Positions 58,808-64,000 of a DNA stretch of 64,000 nucleotides are shown in pieces (the first letter of the stretch is position 1; the number at the start of each line of letters is the position of its first letter). The translations under genes and the position numbers were made by a program. Source of the DNA: Candidatus Obscuribacteraceae bacterium (lineage in GTDB: Bacteria > Cyanobacteriota > Vampirovibrionia > Obscuribacterales > Obscuribacteraceae); NCBI GenBank assembly GCA_044229845.1, contig JBGASG010000004.1, positions 160,001 to 224,000 of the forward strand, given 5' to 3'. The notes beneath the pieces are model-generated. The model made no database searches. It saw only the letters and a list, made by a program, of their open reading frames with translations, and was not told where the DNA came from.

Positions 58808-60388
58808 TTAGAAGCCGAGCTTCATCCAGCGCAAATACTTCTTGAAACCCTTCGGCTTCTCGTCGATCGCCATCTTGGTTTTCGACAAAGCTTTGACCGG
58901 CTCCACTTCCGGCGGTGCCGCCGGCACCGGCGCAGCGGCGACGCTGGTCGTCTCCGGTTGCGGGTCGTTGAGCAGTTCGTAGTTTTGCGGCAGCGCCTCG
59001 ACGGTCTGCACCGGCGACTGGACGCTGAAATCGACGAGGGTTTTACTGGCCGGGTGATAGAACTCTTCCGGACGATTAGCGGAAGCCACGACCTTGCCGG
59101 ACGGAATAATAGCCAGCGAACTGGCGACCCGTCTCTCGAAGGTGCTGCGATTGCGGGTGACGGTACTGCCGCCGATTACCATGGTGGTGGAACCGCCGCC
59201 ATCCAGGTTCATGGCATCGACCGCGCCCGCTTTTTGCAGAAACTTAGCCAGATCCCACAGGGTGTGCGGACCTTCGCAAGTAACCAGCAGTAGATGCTTG
59301 TCGGCCGTGACACCAAGCACGGTGCGCGCCTTGATGCCGGCTCCGCTCCAGCTCTTGCGGAAGTTTTCGCCTTTGAGGTCGACAAACAATTTGCCGTTTT
59401 TGATCAGGACCGGACCGCCGCTGACCGCCTGAGCAACATTGTTCCAGCCGCTCGGGTTGGGATGCCACTTCATCTGGACCTGGTCGCCGACGTTCAGGTG
59501 AGCAATCGGGCTTTCCTTGCTGTCGCTGAGGACGAATCCGCCATATGGGATGCCCATGGTGGTGGTCGTCTTGGCGATGACTTTACCGTCGGCATCGACA
59601 GCCACCAGGGTGCCGGCGTACGCCATGCGCACCATCTGCCCCCAGCGCCGGGTGTAGGCAATCAGCTTGGCGCCATGGCGGCGCGGCTGGTTGACGTTGT
59701 TGACCCAGATTTTGGGCACGTCCAGGTTGGATGTCTCAATGGTCCCGTGCAGCTGGAGCTTGTCCATCAGCACTTGACCGTCTTTGGTGATACCCATCGA
59801 AATGCGGTCGAAGATCGGCCCGGCGATCCATTCGCCGTCGATCACCAGCGTTCCGAGCGGCACGCCGTCTCGCTTGAAATAGTTGGCATTGACAGCCGCC
59901 AGAGCCTGCACTTTTTGAGCCTGATCTTTGACTTCGTCCAGCCGGTCGAAATGCTCGCCGGCCATGACCGGACGCACTTCGAAATCAGACGTGGTCAGAT
60001 CTATATCGATCATATTGATATAGAGTCCGCCGCGATAAACCTTGTGCACCACCCCCGGTGCCAGGGTGCGTTCAGCCATTTCTTCCAGGTATTCCTGGGG
60101 CTTGCGAGCCAAGGCCGGTCTGGGGGCCGGAGCTTTTTTCTTGAGCAGCACTGCGCTATAGCGTCCCTGCACCTTGCGTCCCGCCACTCCGACCCGCGCC
60201 CGAGCAGCAGGAGCAGCTTTAACTTTACGGACACCGGTCGCGGCCGGTCTGGAAGGAGCAACCGTCACCCCCGGCACCCCCACCCCGACAGCGAAAGCGC
60301 GATCGATACAGCTTGTAGATATCAAACTTTCGACACAAAGCGCTACTAAAAGGGGTAGAGCGTATTGCTTATGGCGGTCAATTGGCAT
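58808..60388 (-). CDS. Phosphodiester glycosidase (NAGPA-like) family secreted protein
   Basis: AAVNANYF, GGPVLI, ARTVLG, AMNLDGGGST. Start uncertain. Confidence 0.82.
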   Translation of the reverse strand: MPIDRHKQYALPLLVALCVESLISTSCIDRAFAVGVGVPGVTVAPSRPAATGVRKVKAAPAARARVGVAGRKVQGRYSAVLLKKKAPAPRPALARKPQEYLEEMAERTLAPGVVHKVYRGGLYINMIDIDLTTSDFEVRPVMAGEHFDRLDEVKDQAQKVQALAAVNANYFKRDGVPLGTLVIDGEWIAGPIFDRISMGITKDGQVLMDKLQLHGTIETSNLDVPKIWVNNVNQPRRHGAKLIAYTRRWGQMVRMAYAGTLVAVDADGKVIAKTTTTMGIPYGGFVLSDSKESPIAHLNVGDQVQMKWHPNPSGWNNVAQAVSGGPVLIKNGKLFVDLKGENFRKSWSGAGIKARTVLGVTADKHLLLVTCEGPHTLWDLAKFLQKAGAVDAMNLDGGGSTTMVIGGSTVTRNRSTFERRVASSLAIIPSGKVVASANRPEEFYHPASKTLVDFSVQSPVQTVEALPQNYELLNDPQPETTSVAAAPVPAAPPEVEPVKALSKTKMAIDEKPKGFKKYLRWMKLGF

Positions 60389-60748
60389 CCGGTGCGGTTT
60401 CCAGAGGGTTAGTAAGGTTGTACATAGAATGAGGCACCACCTGGCTGTTGTCAAATGAAACAAGCTCGGAAAGTGGCTCTCTGTCAGCGTTATTCCACGT
60501 TATCGGTCGTCTTTAACCGGCATGGCTTCAGCCGAGGGGCTTATCTCGCATCATAACAATCTTTTCCTCGCCGCGCTCGTCCTCAATCTCCTCATGAAAT
60601 CCAGTTCTGGCGCGGGTTCTCAGGATATAGATGAGCATAGCACTTTGCAACAATCCGGGTCGGCGCTTCGTAAAGCGAGCCGGGCGGATTTATTGCCTGA
60701 ACGCCACTTGGCCAGCCATAATCTGTCATCTCTTTCAGTGAAGTAAAC

Positions 60749-62026
60749 ATGGGTCGAGTTGTTTTAGGCATGCTCGGATTGGGCACCGTCGGCACCGGTG
60801 TCGCACATCTGCTCTCGCACCAGAAAAAACTGGTGCTCAAAAAAGTGGCCGTCAAGGACATCAATAAATCCAGGGAAGTCGCGCTCACGTGCCCGATCAC
60901 AGCCGACGCCCAGGAGGTCATTGACGACCCTGAAATCGAAATCGTCATCGAGGTTATGGGCGGCGAGGAGCCGGCTCTCAGCCTCTTGAAGCGAGCGCTG
61001 GAAAAGCGCAAACACGTGGTGACCGCCAACAAAGAAGTGCTGGCCAAGCACGGTCCGGAGCTGTTCGCTCTGGCTCGCAGCAAAGGAGTGGCCATCTTCT
61101 TCGAAGCATCGGTGGCCGGCGGCGTGCCGCTCATTTCCACCATACATAAAGGACTGGAAGCCAACGAAATAACGTCGGTTGTCGGCATTTTGAACGGCAC
61201 CACCAACTTCATACTTTCCTCCATGGAAGAGCAGGGCGCCGACTATGAGGGTGCCCTGGCCAAAGCTCAACAGTTAGGCTTTGCCGAAGCCGATCCGACC
61301 AATGACGTGGAAGGATTCGATGTCGCCTACAAACTTTCCATTCTTTGCGCCCTGGCTTTTGGACAGTTTCCCAAAACAGAGTCGATTCACCGGCAGGGCA
61401 TCACGCAAATCCGCGCCGAAGATCTGTCCAGCGCCAATGACTTCGGCTACCGCGTCAAGCTGATCGCCAGCGCCAGCCGCCACAACGGCAACCTCGACGT
61501 GCGCGTGCACCCGATGCTGGTGCCCCTCACACATCCGCTGTCCAACGTGTCCGGCTCCAACAACGGCATTCTGGTCACGGGAGACGTGGTCGGCGAACTG
61601 ATCATGGTCGGACCCGGCGCCGGTCAAATGCCCACAGCCTCTGCGATTGTCGGCGACACCATCAACCTGGCCAGCGCGCTGCAATTGCCTGACTTCGCCA
61701 GCTATTTCCATACCGCTGTGGAGAGCGACTGGGCCGATGTCTCGGACCCGGGAGCCTGGCGCTGTCCCTATTACATCAAACTGCTGGTCAAAGATCACCC
61801 CGGCGTGATCGGACAGATCGGCACCACATTCGGAGCACACGACATCAGCATGCGCTCGATCGTTCAACGCGATGTGGAAGACGGCGGTGCTTCGATCATC
61901 ATCATCACCCATGCCGTGCAAAACAGCGCCATGGATAAGGCGCTCTCCGAACTGAAAAGCAAAGAGTTCATGGACAAGGTGGAGAGTTGCCTGCGAATTT
62001 TCCAACCGGGAGTCAGACATGGGTAG
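60749..62026 (+). CDS. hom: Homoserine dehydrogenase with C-terminal ACT domain
   Basis: [38 protein letters not shown]. Confidence 0.95.
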   Translation: MGRVVLGMLGLGTVGTGVAHLLSHQKKLVLKKVAVKDINKSREVALTCPITADAQEVIDDPEIEIVIEVMGGEEPALSLLKRALEKRKHVVTANKEVLAKHGPELFALARSKGVAIFFEASVAGGVPLISTIHKGLEANEITSVVGILNGTTNFILSSMEEQGADYEGALAKAQQLGFAEADPTNDVEGFDVAYKLSILCALAFGQFPKTESIHRQGITQIRAEDLSSANDFGYRVKLIASASRHNGNLDVRVHPMLVPLTHPLSNVSGSNNGILVTGDVVGELIMVGPGAGQMPTASAIVGDTINLASALQLPDFASYFHTAVESDWADVSDPGAWRCPYYIKLLVKDHPGVIGQIGTTFGAHDISMRSIVQRDVEDGGASIIIITHAVQNSAMDKALSELKSKEFMDKVESCLRIFQPGVRHG

Positions 62027-63104
62027 TCCTGCATACGACAGAGCGCACAACACCGCACTCATAGACAAATACCGGCAATACCTGCCGGTCACGGCGGACA
62101 CACCGATCATCTCACTGCGCGAGGGTTTCACCCCTTTGATCGACGCGCGCAACCTGCCCCGCCATCTTGGTTTTCCCACCTTGAAGTTGTACTTCAAACT
62201 GGAGGGGCTCAACCCGACCGGGTCTTTCAAAGACCGCGGCATGACGCTGGCGATTTCGAAAGCCGTCGAAGAAGGCGCGCGAGCTGTCATTTGCGCCTCC
62301 ACCGGCAACACCTCCGCATCGGCGGCCGCCTATGCCGCCAAAGCCGGCCTCACCTGTTATGTGGTGTTGCCAGCCGGTCACGTGGCGCTCGGCAAGCTCG
62401 CCCAGGCGATTCTTTACGGTGCCACCATCGTCCCCATCGAAGGCAATTTCGATCACGCACTAAATCTGGTGCGGACGATGTCGGTCGACTTCAACTTGAC
62501 GGTCGTCAATTCGATCAACCCGTATCGGCTGGAAGGGCAGAAAACTGCAGCTTTCGAATGTGTGGAGATGCTGGGAGAAGCCCCCGACTACCTGTTCATT
62601 CCAGTCGGCAATGCCGGCAATATCAGCGCCTACTGGCGCGGCTTCAAACAGTTTCATGCCGAAGGCTTAGCAGGCAAAACCCCGAAGATGTGCGGATTCG
62701 AGGCGGAAGGGGCGGCTGCCATCGTGGCCGGAAAACCCTTTCCCGAACCGGAAACCGTGGCCACAGCCATTCGCATCGGCAATCCGGCCAGCTGGGAAGA
62801 GGCTGTGCGCGCCGCTAAAGAATCCGACGGCGTCATAGATAGTGTCACCGATGAAGAGATTCTCGCCGCCTACCAGCTGATCGCGCGCACCGAAGGCATC
62901 TTCTGCGAACCAGCCAGCGCCGCCAGTCTGGCGGGATTGATCAAGCATTTGCAAGCCGGCCGGGTCAACCCGGAAGGCACCGCGGTCTGCGTCTTGACCG
63001 GCAATGGACTGAAAGATCCAGATGCCGCATTGAAGGTCGGGCAGATCGAACTGAAACCCGTGGCAGCCGAACCTGAGCGCCTGCGCGAGGTCATGAAGTT
63101 GTGA
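62019..63104 (+). CDS. thrC: Threonine synthase
   Basis: [47 protein letters not shown]. Confidence 0.94.
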   Translation: MGSPAYDRAHNTALIDKYRQYLPVTADTPIISLREGFTPLIDARNLPRHLGFPTLKLYFKLEGLNPTGSFKDRGMTLAISKAVEEGARAVICASTGNTSASAAAYAAKAGLTCYVVLPAGHVALGKLAQAILYGATIVPIEGNFDHALNLVRTMSVDFNLTVVNSINPYRLEGQKTAAFECVEMLGEAPDYLFIPVGNAGNISAYWRGFKQFHAEGLAGKTPKMCGFEAEGAAAIVAGKPFPEPETVATAIRIGNPASWEEAVRAAKESDGVIDSVTDEEILAAYQLIARTEGIFCEPASAASLAGLIKHLQAGRVNPEGTAVCVLTGNGLKDPDAALKVGQIELKPVAAEPERLREVMKL

Positions 63105-64000
63105 TTCAGAAGGTCGAGCGAGAGCCCAACGAGTCTCACGGACGAGGCGAGGTCCGCCGCCTGACGGTGAAGGTGCCAGGCAGCACCGCCAACATTGGAC
63201 CGGGTTTCGACTCCCTGGGACTGGCGTTCCAGCTTTATTGCACGCTCGACTTCGACTTGCTGCAGGAAAACGACCGCAACATCCCGCTCATTACACTGAA
63301 GGGAAAAGGTGTCGATCACGGCTTGCCCAAAGACCAGAGCAACTTGATCTACACGGTTTTGAGCAACTTATGGCAAAACGATCCGCACTTACTTTCGCGC
63401 ATCCGCATCACCATCGAATCCGACATTCCGCTGGGCAAAGGCTTGGGCAGCAGCGCCGCCGCCATTATGGGCGCCGTCTGGGCCGCGCACGCATTAGTTG
63501 AAGAGAGCATCCCGGACAACAGCGCCTTGCTGCAAAAGGCCACCGAACTGGAAGGTCACTCAGACAACGTTGCCGCCAGCCTCCTGGGCGGGCTGGTGAT
63601 CTGCGCCCGCTCCAACAACACCCGCAAAATCGTCACGCAAAAATTGACCTGGCCGCAGGAGTGGAAGACGCTGGTGGTTGTGCCTCACTATGTGCTTTCG
63701 ACGAAACGCGCCCGCGCCGTCTTGCCGAAGACGATTCAACGCGAAGACGCCATTCACAACGTCCAGCGAGTCGCCTTGTTGGCCGCGGCGGTGGTCAACA
63801 AAGATGAAGAGGCCATGCACGAAGCATTGCACGACCGGCTGCACGAGCCTTACCGGTTGCAGCTGTGTCCGGAGTTGTCCGCCGTGCGTCGGGTTGTTTC
63901 GGATCTGCCGGTGATCGGCACCACATTGAGTGGCGCCGGTTCGTCGGTGATGGTGACCGTGCACCAGCGTCACAAGGCAGCCGCCCTGGAGGCTCTGCAA
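63101..64000 (+). CDS. thrB: Homoserine kinase (runs off the window end; missing from the ORF track)
   Basis: GTG overlapping the thrC stop. Translation gives [47 protein letters not shown]. Confidence 0.92.
   Translation, partial: MIQKVEREPNESHGRGEVRRLTVKVPGSTANIGPGFDSLGLAFQLYCTLDFDLLQENDRNIPLITLKGKGVDHGLPKDQSNLIYTVLSNLWQNDPHLLSRIRITIESDIPLGKGLGSSAAAIMGAVWAAHALVEESIPDNSALLQKATELEGHSDNVAASLLGGLVICARSNNTRKIVTQKLTWPQEWKTLVVVPHYVLSTKRARAVLPKTIQREDAIHNVQRVALLAAAVVNKDEEAMHEALHDRLHEPYRLQLCPELSAVRRVVSDLPVIGTTLSGAGSSVMVTVHQRHKAAALEALQ

Noticed and set aside
60464..60748. Possible riboswitch, T-box or attenuator upstream of hom-thrC-thrB
   Set aside because: Only a modest hairpin near 60657-60686. 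I could not match SAM, lysine or T-box consensus or find a Thr-rich leader peptide; an Rfam scan would be needed.

Overview
A GC-rich bacterial chromosomal segment, mostly housekeeping genes mixed with lineage-specific secreted proteins. Cyanobacteria-like traits include a stand-alone atpD/atpC pair, a GuaB3-type IMPDH, a tRNA-Glu with the A53-U61 pair, and an Rcp1-type receiver with LRV-like repeats. Together with the absence of photosynthesis genes here, this suggests a non-photosynthetic cyanobacterial relative (Melainabacteria/Vampirovibrionia); this is inference. Recognisable genes are a capD-like dehydratase, larE, larB, htrA, guaB3, anmK, pyrE, atpD, a clpP-like gene, atpC, an ALDH, ftsH, tilS, hom-thrC-thrB and two tRNAs. 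The strongest candidate for an undescribed system lies at about 14.9-20.0 kb. It is an array of three near-identical secreted, VirB2/TrbC-pilin-like proteins plus one divergent paralogue. Each of the three has its own sigma70-like promoter, conserved 5' hairpin and terminator, and two share a palindromic upstream operator. The array is flanked by a YkgJ/FliB-like cysteine-cluster enzyme and a ThiF/MoeB-like protein with a degenerate glycine loop. Other oddities are a ClpP paralogue inserted between atpD and atpC, a 1718-aa toxin-like protein with annexin-like repeats and HExxH, an ACT-histone-tail fusion, a lone CpaF N-terminal domain, and a hybrid kinase with an internal RBS. No CRISPR array, rRNA or intact mobile element was seen. 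All family calls are from motif recognition by eye, not database searches.
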